DNA of 64,000 nt from Lama glama. Taxonomy: Eukaryota. The position numbers were made by a program, and so were the translations under genes. Every line of letters begins with the position of its first letter. Position 1 is the first letter of the stretch. Where the stretch lies: assembly GCA_028534125.1 (NCBI GenBank), contig CM052825.1, positions 1,178,001-1,242,000 on the forward strand. Reading direction: 5' to 3'. Below the pieces are notes generated by a model. The model worked only from the letters and a program-made list of their open reading frames with translations. It was not told the origin of the DNA and made no database searches. Of this stretch, positions 36,481 through 47,543 are shown one piece after another.

Positions 36481-39380
36481 GAGGTCCCCCTGAGGGTCAG
36501 GCCAGCTGCTGGCCTCCCAGAGCTTGGAAGGAGAGGGGTGACGGTGGGGTGGGCAGGGGTGTCTCAGCACCCACCCGCCTCAACCCTCTGCCCCGCCCGT
36601 TCGCGGCTCTTGTGAGGACCAGTGCCCTGTCCAGGGAGCCTCTCCACCAGAGCAAGGGTTCACACACATGGGGGCGCACCCGGGCCCCCGCAGGCGCTGT
36701 GACCCGGCAGGTGTGAGATGGAGCCCAAGGACCTGCACTTCCAACACGTTCCCGCGGAGGCTGCTGCCGCCGGCCCGGAGAAGAAACTGCTGCGTTTCTG
36801 ACTCCATGTTTCACTTTCGCTGGGAAGCAGGCAGCGGCCCGCTGCGTAGAGCTGGCTGAAGGTCTGGGATCTGCCTGCCTCTTAATTACACTCTCACGCA
36901 AGCACCTTAATCCTCCGCAGCTCTGCCGGTCACTCCCCGCCCCCAGCGCGCGTGCTGCCGATTCTGGGCCTTTGGGAAGTTCTGTGGCATAGACCCCACT
37001 GCAGCTACGGAGCGTGCCGCTTCCCCGGGTCTGCTCACCACTAGGCCCCCGCCTCCACCCCGACTCTCCGGGTTCCGGGCTCTGCCGCCGTCTCCCCCCG
37101 CGGGGTCTCAGAGGACGCAGGGCAGCTGCGCAGGTTCAGTCGCCATCACTGCCTGGACACCACGGCCTCGCATCTGCATCCTTCTCACCCTCACCTCCTC
37201 CAGCTGCTGGCCACCGCGCGGCCCCATCTGGCCTGGGCCCTGTCTTCCTGGCAACCGGGGCCTGACTTGTGCTCCAAGGTCCCTTTGGGAAGCCTCTTAA
37301 CCCCCCCACCCATGTGACACTGAAGCAAGAGGCCGTGGGCTCCTGTCAGGTGGCCCCTGTGAGACTGAGCAGCTCTGTCCCCACGACCCAGCGCAGCGAC
37401 CACTGGACGTTAGGAGCGGGACAGGCCTTGTCTGGTAAACGAGCTGTCGTTATGAGACGAGACAGACCCTTTCACGGGGTAAAGAGACACCTCAAGGGGC
37501 CCACGTCTGCATTGCCAGCTCTCGAATGTGTCAAGGACACATGGGCAGCTTGGGACGATGCAGAGGGCCTGGCTGGAAGGATCTCGGGGAGGAAACTGGA
37601 AACCACAGTGGGGCTGCACACTTGCAGAGGGGTCTCGTCAGAGGCCTCTCCCGGCTTTCACGGGGGCGCGGGGGACTCCAGCTGGCCAGTTGGAAGCCCA
37701 CTCCTAGGCCACAGGGACACTCCTCTCATGGCAGTCTTTGTGGCTGAGCTGGGATTTGGCCGCAGGGCCCCCAAGGTGGCGGCAGGGCAGCCAGCGTGGT
37801 CAGTCTGACTGGCACGGGGATGGGAGTGGATGCCGGCCTGCTTTGTGGGCCAGGATTCCAGGGCCTTCTCTTTCGGCTGATGCCTGTGAAAACTGCAAAG
37901 TGAGGAGGCGGCAAGAGTAAAAGCAGAAGGACCCACCGAACGGGCGAGGGCGGCAGGCTGGGGTCCTGAGCTCCGGCAGCAACGGTCTCTGCTCCAGCCT
38001 GGTGGGAGGGAGCAGCCTGGGACGGGGGAGTGCCGCTCCGGCACGCGGTCCAGCTCCCACCGTGTCTGGACGCTCTGGTCTGCACAGAGTCAGCCATGGT
38101 CACTGCAAGTCCTGCACTGAGCGTCTCAGCTTCCTTCTGGCGACAGCGGGGAGAGGCCAGTGCGAGGCGTGAGCCGGCGTGTGCTTGCGTGTGCACAGAG
38201 AGGCCTGCTCCTCACAAAATACACCTGTGCTCACTGTTCATAAACGAAGGGAGGCTGGCGAACCCCACCAGACTCCATGCTGAGCCCCAATGGCGCATGA
38301 ACCCCACCTCACAGAGGACACTGGGCCGAGGGTCCAGGGACCATGACGTGCTCAGGATGCCACGAGAACCAGGGACAAGGCCTAGAAGGGAGGGAACAGC
38401 AATGAGCAGTGGGGACAGGGCACTGGCTCTGAACCTGCCCCATTGGGCCCTGGAGGCTCAGCCGCCGCGGGATGCTGGGCTCAGTGTGCAGTTGAGCCCC
38501 TGAAGCGGTGAGGCACCGGTGTGGGGAGGCGGGGGGGGGGGAGGGGACTCAAAACTCAGGCCCGGCTGACCCGGAGCCCTCGACCTCGGAGACCCTGGGC
38601 CTCCGCAGGCTAGGCGCTGGGCGAGGCCGCCCACCACCACGATCGTGGGGGGCAGTGATCGCTGACCTTGGGCACGTTGAGAAAAGCTGGTTGTACGTGA
38701 GGTGGACAGTGGAAGCAAGTGGGCTGGTGGGGGTGGGGGTCCTGCATCCAAGACCCCGACAGAGGAGCAATGTAGGGACACACTGTCCAGATGAGGGTCG
38801 TCACAGGTGAGGAAGGGACGTGAGGCGAGGGCCCCACACGCTTTCCAACCAGCCTCCAGGGGGCACACACCTGTCACCTTCGCGGGGAGACAAACACACG
38901 AGAAGGACGTGGGAAAGGGCTTCACGGAGGAAAAGCCGCTCCCAGATGTGCACGAGGGGAGTGCGGAGAGAACAGCCTCCCCGCCCTCCAGGCGCAGGTG
39001 CGCACAGACACCACCAGGGGAGGAGGGCCGTCAGCAGACCCCAGGGCCTCGGGGCGCTAGGGCCTCGCTCTGGGAAGGGCCAGGGCGCCTCCCCCAGGCC
39101 GCCAGAGGCCCAGAGAGGCAGCAGCGCCAGGCGACCTGCGACAGCAGAGACTGGCTACAGGCGCCCCTCTGCCCAACCCGTGGGGCCGGACTGGGTCACC
39201 CCTGGGAAAACTGAGCCCCCAAAGGGTCCCCTCCTTGGCACAGATGGGCTGCCTCCTGTGCATGTGCAGCCTGGACACCCCCAGGGCAGGACTTGTGACC
39301 GAGGCGTGGACAGGCTCCAGCGGTCACTGTCCTGCTGGAACGACGAGCCGCGGCCTAGAAAAGGCAGCTTCCCGAGGCCT

Positions 39381-39507
39381 CGCTCACTGACCCACCCACT
39401 GCGCCTCCCCCACCGCGGGCGCGCTCACTGACCCACCCACTGTGCCTCCACCACCGCCGGAGCGCTCACTGACCCACCCACTGTGCCTCCACCACCGCGG
39501 GCGCGCT
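39381..39507. repeat. Tandem repeat, 41-bp unit x 3.1
   Basis: cgctcactgacccacccactg(t/c)gcctcc(a/c)ccaccgc(g/c)gg(c/a)g starts at 39381, 39422 and 39463. Confidence 0.95.
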
Positions 39508-39805
39508 GGGTCCGAGAAACGTACTTAGACGGTGAAAGATGGTCCCTGCTCGCACGGAGTGCTGGGTTCACTTGTGATTAATGGGACGCAGATACACTGA
39601 TAAATGATATTCATTTGCTTTAGGCTCGGAGGAGATTCCAGCCACTTGCTCCCGCACTGAGCTGTCTGCAGGCCTGGACATCACACGCCTGCCCATCCCC
39701 CAGGGTAGACCGGTCCCAGGCCCACCCATGGCCTGGCTGCCGCATGGACGGGCTGGATGGGCGGATAGATGGACAGGACAGGACAGGACAAGGGCGGGGG
39801 CCTAC

Positions 39806-40013
39806 CTGCCACCTCCTTGGACGAGGGCAGGCCCGCGGCGGCCTCCAGGTCTGAGGGGACAGGGCCGCCTCGCTCCAGGGCGCGGACCAGCTCCCGCAGC
39901 CGCTCGCACTCGTCCTGCAGCTGCTGCCGGCCCTCGTGGAGCTGCTGCCTGGCCGCGCGGGCCGGGTTCAGGCGCAGGTGCAGCACCTTGGTTCTGCTCT
40001 GGTCGTAGTCACC
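39806..40013 (-). CDS. MAD1L1: MAD1L1 coding exon, 208 bp (human exon 17 equivalent): [69 protein letters not shown](E); contains the MAD2-interaction motif
   Basis: Acceptor gctgacctcctgcctctggtcctgcag|GGT with a CTGAC branch-like site; donor GCAG|gtaggc. Length is 69 codons plus 1 nt. Clear match to MAD1 [17 protein letters not shown]...LPSSKEVA. Confidence 0.97.
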
Positions 40014-41309
40014 CTGCAGGACCAGAGGCAGGAGGTCAGCGTGGCTCGGCCTAGAGGAAGAGGCTTCTGTGATCACGACAGAAACCCTGGACACCCTCAT
40101 CTGGTGCCTCTAGGCCTGGCTTCCACCTTGAGGCCCAGCTCTGCGGCCCTGAGGACTCCCACCAGCCTGGGGGTTCCCATCTTTCCCCCTTGTCCTCTGG
40201 GATCTGCTGAGAGCAGCCCTGCTTGGCAGCCAGCATGGAGGCCGTGTCTACATGATCTGTGGGAAGCTCCCCTGGGGGATCCCCCCTCCCCCCAGTCTGG
40301 CCGGTGGCTCCCGAGGGCAGGCACGGGGTCGGGTTTCTCCAGACCCCTGGGCCCTGCATCCTGGCCAGGAGGGACACAGGTGGGGTCGAAGGCCTCTGGA
40401 AATCCAAGCAAGAGCCTGGCCTCTCTGTCCACCAGCTCCTGGGGCCTCCCTGATGAGGAGGGGCCACCGCAGGTCAAGGGCTGAGCAGGGCCTGAGCCCT
40501 GCGCCAGGGGAAGGTCTGAGGGCCGGCAGGGGATGCCTGATGTGTCCCTCCCACCAGGCACCGAGAGAAAGAGAGAGGGGGAGACAGAGCAACATCCCCT
40601 GAGCTGCTGGCCTGGGACCCCGGCCTGCCTCCCAGCACGGGACGCTGAGCCAGCTGAGGGTACGTGGTCCTTCCAGCTCCGACACAGAGCCCCTCCTTGA
40701 CAACCCACCCGCCCACTGTGGTGACTCCAGCCCACACAGCTCTCCCCTCTTCCAGGGGAGCGGCGGAAACCGCGTCTTTTACTCTGATGGTCGAATCCTC
40801 CCAAGAGAGGCTGGATATGGACACCTCTGTTCACGTGCAGTCCCAGCCCAAGAGCCTACGCTGCGGGGACGCTGTCCCTCCACGTCACTGGAGATCGGCG
40901 TGGCCACTACCTGCCAGCCCTCGGCCAGCCACCAGCTCAGAGCCCACAGCCAGAAGGTGCCCCCAAGAGGGAGGGAGGGGAGTGTGGAGAGGCCCACGGG
41001 GCAGAGAGAGGGTGGGAGATGGGGAGGAGCCGGGCAGGCCCAGCCAAGGGCCGAGGGCTGGCAGCTGGCTCTTCACGGGTTTCTGAGAACCCTGTAAAAC
41101 CTCAAAGGATGAGGAGACATCCTGTAACTTCGAGAGAACCACAGGCTGTTGGGGCCGAAGGCACCGTTCTTTCATCCAGCTTTAACAGTCTGGAGACACA
41201 ACCAGGCGTGGGAAGTCCACGCACCCTGAGTCTGCCACGGCCTCCGCGGGCTGGAGGGGTCCCGGGGTGGTGCCAGACTCGCACCCTGGGTCTCGGGCCA
41301 GGAGGCAGC

Positions 41310-41395
41310 AGGGAGAGGACAGACAGACAACCTCTGCAAAGGGCCAGAGAGCAGACGTGTCAGGTGCTACCGGCCACACCGTCTCTGTTCTGACG
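41310..41395 (+). mobile_element. hAT-Charlie MITE fragment (MER58A-like 5' part)
   Basis: ctctgcaaagggccagagagcagacgtgtcaggtgctaccggccacaccgtctctgtt resembles ttctgtaaagggccagatagtaaatattttaggctttgcgggccatacggtctctgtc. Confidence 0.65.
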
Positions 41396-41916
41396 GGTTG
41401 GCCAGTGGGGGACCGAGGACGGAGTGTGCTGGGCGCCGTGGACACAGCCCCACCCACACAGCGCCCTCCCAGGTCCCCACGCTGCTTTTCATCCGACCTG
41501 GTTTCAACCCTCTGAACGTGTAACAACAGAACCAGGTGGACAGACCACGTCCCTGGGCCACCTCCCTCTGCCCTCCTCTTGGGCCACAGAGCAGAGGCTC
41601 TCCAGGTTCGGGTCTGGCTGTGCTGACACTGGTATCACCCCCCGCCTCCCAGGACTCACCTGCCGACGCCCCAGGAGGGCCCGTGCAGGGAGCTGGACGC
41701 ACAGCCTGACCCTGAGGTCACCGGGGTGCCCTGGACAAGTGCGGGCCTTACCAGGCCTCAGGGTCCTCCCGCCAAGCAGGCGTGGGGAGACGGGGGGAGT
41801 CTGGACGGCAGGGCCCAGGGGCAGGAAACAGAGCCTCCGCTCCCTCGCGGACCGTGGTCCCCTTGATGAGAATGTAAGAAAGGAAACGCTTCGGACGGTT
41901 AGAGGGCTTAGGGCTT

Positions 41917-41938
41917 AACCAAACCAAACCAAACCAAA
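41917..41938. repeat. (AACCA)n microsatellite
   Basis: aaccaaaccaaaccaaaccaaa. Confidence 0.8.
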
Positions 41939-42999
41939 GTGGGGGGATGCTCACAGCTCTGCTGACCTGGGAGAAATGACAAGTCTGAGCCCAAATGAGC
42001 GTCCAGCACCAGGAGGCCAGGACCGCCAGGCATCTAGCAAGGGTGGTGCCCTGGGGTTTGTCACAGCACAATCGCTCCCCCAGCCGGGGTGAAGCTGCTC
42101 TGGTCACAGGGAGGGAAGGGTCAGCCCACCCCAAACGGGCAGCCGGGGCACAGCAGGGACCCTCCGGTCAGCCCATCAGCCGTGCTCGAAGCTCGTGAGG
42201 ACCAGGGCGGGGTCGTCCCAGCATGGACACAGCGGCTGCGTGCTGACCAAACCTCGGCCCCTGGGCAGTGGCTGAGATGCATGTGTGCTTAGTAAAGAAG
42301 GCAGGCAGGAGGGAGAAGGTCTCCGAGGCTTCTCGGTGGAGAGAGGTCTTGTCAAGTGAAACGGAAGCCACAGCAGGGCTCCCGGTCACAGGACAGCCTC
42401 TGCTCACCCCTCCGTCCTGCGTGTCACTGGAAGGGCCCAGCGGGGCCGGCAGGCAGAGCTCAGAATCCTGGCCCCACCACGGAGATGAAAAAACACAGGC
42501 CAAGGAGACAAGAAGGCTGGGCTGCGATGGCGGGAGGAGGTGACTGGTGCGGCTGGGGCCACGCCCGGGATCATGGGCCTGAACTGCGCAACGGGGCCCT
42601 CGGGGAGCTCAGGGCGGCTGAGCACAGCCATCAGCTGTGTCTCCAGGCCGCTCCAGGAGCTGCTTGGCGAGGGAGCTCCCCAATGAGGCCAGCCCTGCAG
42701 AACCGGGCCAGGGGGGTGTCACACACCCTGCGAGCAAAGCCGGTGGTGAATCCACTCTGAGGAAGAGCCAGTGAGCCTCTTCCGGCTTTACGTTCAAACT
42801 GAAGAGCGAGCAGCAGGCAAAGCCGCCAACGATGCCCTGGCTCTGCTCTGCTTCCGCCTCAGCCGTCACACCCAGCCTGCAGCCCCACCGCCAGGGCCGG
42901 CCCAGGGCGCGTGGAAATGCTCCCGTGGGCAAACGCGCTCCCTCCATCCGCACGGAGGGTGGCCGCTTCCGGGAGACGTTCCTGAGCACGAAGGGCAGA

Positions 43000-43325
43000 G
43001 GCCAGAGGTGGCTCACGAGCAGCAGGAAGGTCACGGTCACATCTGCACACCCAGAGCTGCTGGGACTTGAGGCAGAGGTCACTTTCGCCCCCTTGCTCTG
43101 CCTCCTGGCCACGTGGCGTGTGGGAGCTGAGCCTGCAGGTGGAGCGCCCGCAGGATGAAGGAAGGAGGCCGGGTCCTCCAGCCCAGCACGTTTGCTGGCT
43201 TGAAGCCACACGGGGCCCCCAAGAGACCAGCAGCGTCACTGCACGCCAGTGAGAAACAGGAAGCCTGCTGTTAGAAGCCACCGTGTTTTGGGGTGTCACG
43301 TGGCAGCAGGCAGCCGACACGACCT
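43000..43325 (+). mobile_element. Old MaLR LTR fragment (MLT1I/J/K-like)
   Basis: The 3' end gtgagaaacaggaagcctgctgttagaagccaccgtgttttggggtgtcacgtggcagcag resembles the MLT1 terminus. Confidence 0.5.
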
Positions 43326-43789
43326 CTAGAGGAGGTTCCAGGGGGTGAGACGGAGCCCCAGGACCTGACCGGGGCCACCAGGGGGCCCAGGTCCCACCAC
43401 GCAGGAGGCAGGCTCCTGGCCTCTGAGTCTCTCACTGCGTCCTGGGTGACAGAGACAGGACACCTGCCCTGGGTCCCACTACGGCCGGTCTCCACAGGAC
43501 TGACAGCATCCACACTGCCCGGGGTGCAGGTGGGTGCCCAGGCTCCCCTGCGGGCTCCTGCCTCCTCACCCCGACAAGGCACCCACTCAGAAAGCCCCAA
43601 GCTCAGCATGTGCGGACCTGCCACCACCGGCCCTGCCCCGTGACCATGCTTGGTCTGGAGGCCGACAGGCAGGGCTGCTGGTCCCGGGGGACGGGGGCCA
43701 CCTGCTGCCCTGTGCTCTGGCCTGGCCCACATCTTGCTCTGAGTGGGCACTGAGTGCTGCAACCACACATTCCTGCTCATCTAGCACTG

Positions 43790-45650
43790 CTGCACGGGAG
43801 CCGCCAGAGACACGCCTAAGCAGCGCCCACGAAACTCCGCCTACAGAAGCCAGCAGACGGCCGATCCCGCGTGTGGCTCCTGTGGCCGACCTCCGGTGGA
43901 AGAACTGCAGGAAGAAATCGGAGAATAAACGCCCTCCGGGAGGGCGCTCGCCCCCATGCCGCCGGCCGGGGCAGCAAGGTCCCACATCCCGGGCACCCCC
44001 TCCAGGTCCCCGCCCTCGGGCCAAGCGGAGCACACTTGCAAACAAAGGCAACGTGACGTCACTGAAGGAAATTCAGGAGGGTCTAAGCAAACAGAACAGC
44101 ACCCACATCGAGGATCGGAAGACAACACCCCCCTCCGACTGATCTCCACACCCAACGCCACGCCCAGCAGGGTCCCCGCCAGCCCCCTCCCGGGAACCGT
44201 CTGGCTGGCTCTAGCATTCATGCGGAATCCAGGGCCTGGAGCAGCCAGGATACTGCTGAGGACGGAGGGCAGTGGGGGGAACTCACACCTTGACCTTCAA
44301 ACTTCCTACAAGGTGACGGTGGCCAAGACAGAGCAGTGCCGGCACAAGGACAGTCACAGCCCCGCGGGAGCAGACCTGAGAGTCTGGAAGAGACCCCTGC
44401 GCCCAAGGTCAACTGACGCTCTCGGGGGCGCCAAGGTGGCTCAGTAGGAAAGAGAGCCTCGAACTCTGCTGGGGCAGCTGGACACCCACGTGCAAAAGTG
44501 TCACGCTGGGTTCTCACTCACACCGTACACAAAAATGAACTCGGAATGGATTAAAGACCTAAACAAAAGCGCCAACGGCACAAAGCACTCAGGAGAGAGC
44601 AGGGCGTGAGGCTTCATGGCGCCCGACGTGGCCTTGGGGTCTTCGACGAGATAGTGAGAACCAGGAACAGAAGGAAAAGGAGGCAGACTGGACGTATCAA
44701 AACGAAAAGCCTCTGCCCCGAAGCACACCACCAAGAGGGGAAGAGAGAGCCCGGCACGGGAGGAAGGGCTCGCAGACCACGCACCCGCCGAGGGACTCGC
44801 AGCCCGAACACACGAAGAGCGGGCTCTCACTCTCGGCAGCAGCGGCGACGCTGGGAACGACCTACTTTAAGAGGGCAAAGGGTCTGAACTCGTCTTTCTC
44901 TAAGGAAGGTGGACAAACGGCCAAAGCACACAAAGCTGCTCGACGGCGAGGGCGTCAGCGACAGGGAAACGGAAATCAGACCAGAGGCATCCCTTCACAC
45001 CCACCGGGGCGGCTGCCAGGAAGGAGTCGGGCCCGTGTCGGCGAGGAGGGGGAAGGCGGACCTCCTAGGCCGCTGGGGGGACGCAAGCGGCGCGGCCTCC
45101 GCGGGAAACGCTTCCGCAAACAGCTGCACAGACTTACCCTGTGTCCCAGCAACTCAACGCCCAGGCGAACCCAAGAGCAGGGGAACACACGCCCACACAG
45201 AGACCTGCACACGGATGTCCCGGAACTGACACACGCAGGAACAGCGTGGCCCAGGCACCCGAGGAGCACCGTCCGGCCACGAGAAGGAGAGACGCACCGA
45301 CACTCGCCACAGCGTCGACGATCTCGGAAGCACGACGCTCAGTGAAGCAGCACCACGACAGACCACGCGCTGCACGGCTCCATTCACGTGAAACGTCCAG
45401 CATGGAAATCCCCAGACACAGGAGGCAGCTCAGCGGTTGCTTCAGGCTGGAGTCAGGGTGGGGGGCAGTGGGGTGACAGCTGAGGGGTGTGGGGCTCCTT
45501 TGGAGAGGATAAACCCGGTCCACAATCGTGTGATGACGCTGCTCACTATCTGTCAAGGCGCTGAAACCCACTGAATCGCGCGCTTCAAATGGCTGAGTTC
45601 TACGATATGTAAATCGAGTCTCAATAGAGCTGTTTTTAAAAAGAGAAACG
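43790..45650 (+). mobile_element. L1 ORF2 end plus complete 3' UTR (L1MB-like), strongly GC-shifted
   Basis: ctcacaccgtacacaaaaatgaactcggaatggattaaagacctaaac; terminus aaacccactgaatcgcgcgcttcaaatggctgagttctacgatatgtaaatcgagtctcaatagagctgtttttaaaaa. Confidence 0.88.
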
Positions 45651-47410
45651 AAAGGAGAAAAGGGAAAACAAACAGAAGGATGTGTGGACACTCCATCTGC
45701 TGCTGGAGCTGGCGCCCAGCCGCGCCTCCTGACGCCACCACTGTCTCAGCCCTGGAGGCAGAGAAGGGCCGGGAGCCCGGGGCTCAGCAGGGAGTGTGTG
45801 CTCGGCGCGGCCGGGCCTCGGGACACGGGCCTGCGGGTGCAGCTCCAGCCAAGCCCACCAGGGAAGCCTGGGCCCTGACCACCGCCATCGCGTGGACCTC
45901 CGGGGTGCAGCCCGGCCCTGCCCGCGGTCTCCTCACCCCACAGCTCCTGCGACACGAGGAGGTCGGGTCACGATCCACCTCGGGGGCCACTCCCTGGCCT
46001 GGCCCATCCTGGCTTTCTGGCCTCTGCTATCAAACCACTGTCCGGCATCTGGGCTTCCCATCTCCCTCCCGCATGGCCGGGACTCTCACCCACTCCAGGC
46101 CCCACTGCCACCTGGACCTGCCACCACTCGCTGCCAAGACCCCAGACTGAGGGCAAGTCTTGGCATCTGGCTCTGACCGGCTGCCTTCCCTAAAACGCCC
46201 AGCAGGAGCCCGGGCAGCCCACCCAACTCAGGCCTGTGCCCCCCAGGTCCTCGGCACTCAGGAGCCACTCGAGTCCAGACCACACTGGACGTCCAGGAGG
46301 GGCCTGCAGGGGCACCCGCTGGGTGGCCACTGGGCAGTCCGAGCAGGACGATGCTGGGGGTGGGGGCGGCCCAGGGGCCCTAGACGAGGCTGTGAAAGCC
46401 CCAAGAGGCTGTGCTTCGCCACAGGCCCCGCCATCTGGAACCTTTCACACTGTGCTCAGAAGTCAGGACTGAAGAGTCATTCTGGCCAGACGAGGGGGAA
46501 TGAGGCTGGCCGGTCCCCCAGGAGTCTGACTGTGCCTGGACGGAGGAGCAGTGCTCACCACAGGTCCAGTGTTGGAGGGGACAGCCCCACGGCCCAGCTG
46601 GGTTGGACACGGGCACCTTGGGACCCAAGGATGCTACCCAGACCCCATCCTCCCCCACATGGGGGACCCGTGAAGCTGCCACGGGTCAGGCAGCTGACAA
46701 GGCCACGTGGCCGGGTGGCGTGGGAGCCCACCCAGGGTTCTGCTCTCTGCACCACCCCTTGCAGAGCAAGGAGACCGTTCCTTCCTCCCTCCCTCCTTCC
46801 TTCCCTCCACACAGGCAGCACGGCCCCGGGAGAGGAGGGAGACACAGGTGCCTACCGCCAGCCAGGCGGGGGCCCCGTGAGGGCAGGGCTCCATCGCATC
46901 CCGGGCTAGTGAGGGGAAGCAGGGCCTGGCCCACAGCGTGCACCCTGTCACCCTGCTCAGAGGTGCCAGTGGTGACGTGGCAGCAGTAACAGCACAGCCC
47001 CCACGGGCCTCCTCCTTGCCGTTCATCCAGCGTCTGTCACCTCACGACCTGGCCAGTCGTCTGTAACTGCTCACCTGCCCAGGACAGGGCGGTGCACGGG
47101 GCATGTCAGGCAGACGTCTGCAGAAGCAACACGGGATGATTACTAACGCTGTCCTGTGGCTGCGACACCAGAGGCCCAACTGGGGCGAGAACCAGGGGGT
47201 GTCAGGCCCAGGCTGGCTGGCGGCCTCCCGCACACTTGGCTCTGGGCTTGGCTTTGGGCCCAGTCGCAGGGGAAAGGGTGCTGGCCGGCCACTCCGAGCA
47301 CACAGCAGAGGGCCCAGGGGGTCTGCGGCACCGAGTGAGCGCGGCGGGGGGCTGGCGCTACTAAAGCAGATGGGAGAGCGCGAACAAATCTGCTGAGATC
47401 TGCTGCCGAT

Positions 47411-47543
47411 NNNNNNNNNNNNNNNNNNNNNNNNNNNNNNNNNNNNNNNNNNNNNNNNNNNNNNNNNNNNNNNNNNNNNNNNNNNNNNNNNNNNNNNNNN
47501 NNNNNNNNNNNNNNNNNNNNNNNNNNNNNNNNNNNNNNNNNNN
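47411..47543. other. Undetermined sequence (133 N), probably an assembly gap
   Basis: Run of n characters. Confidence 0.99.

Noticed and set aside
39381-39507. CRISPR-like array
   Set aside because: Head-to-tail repeat with no unique spacers, in a mammalian intron.
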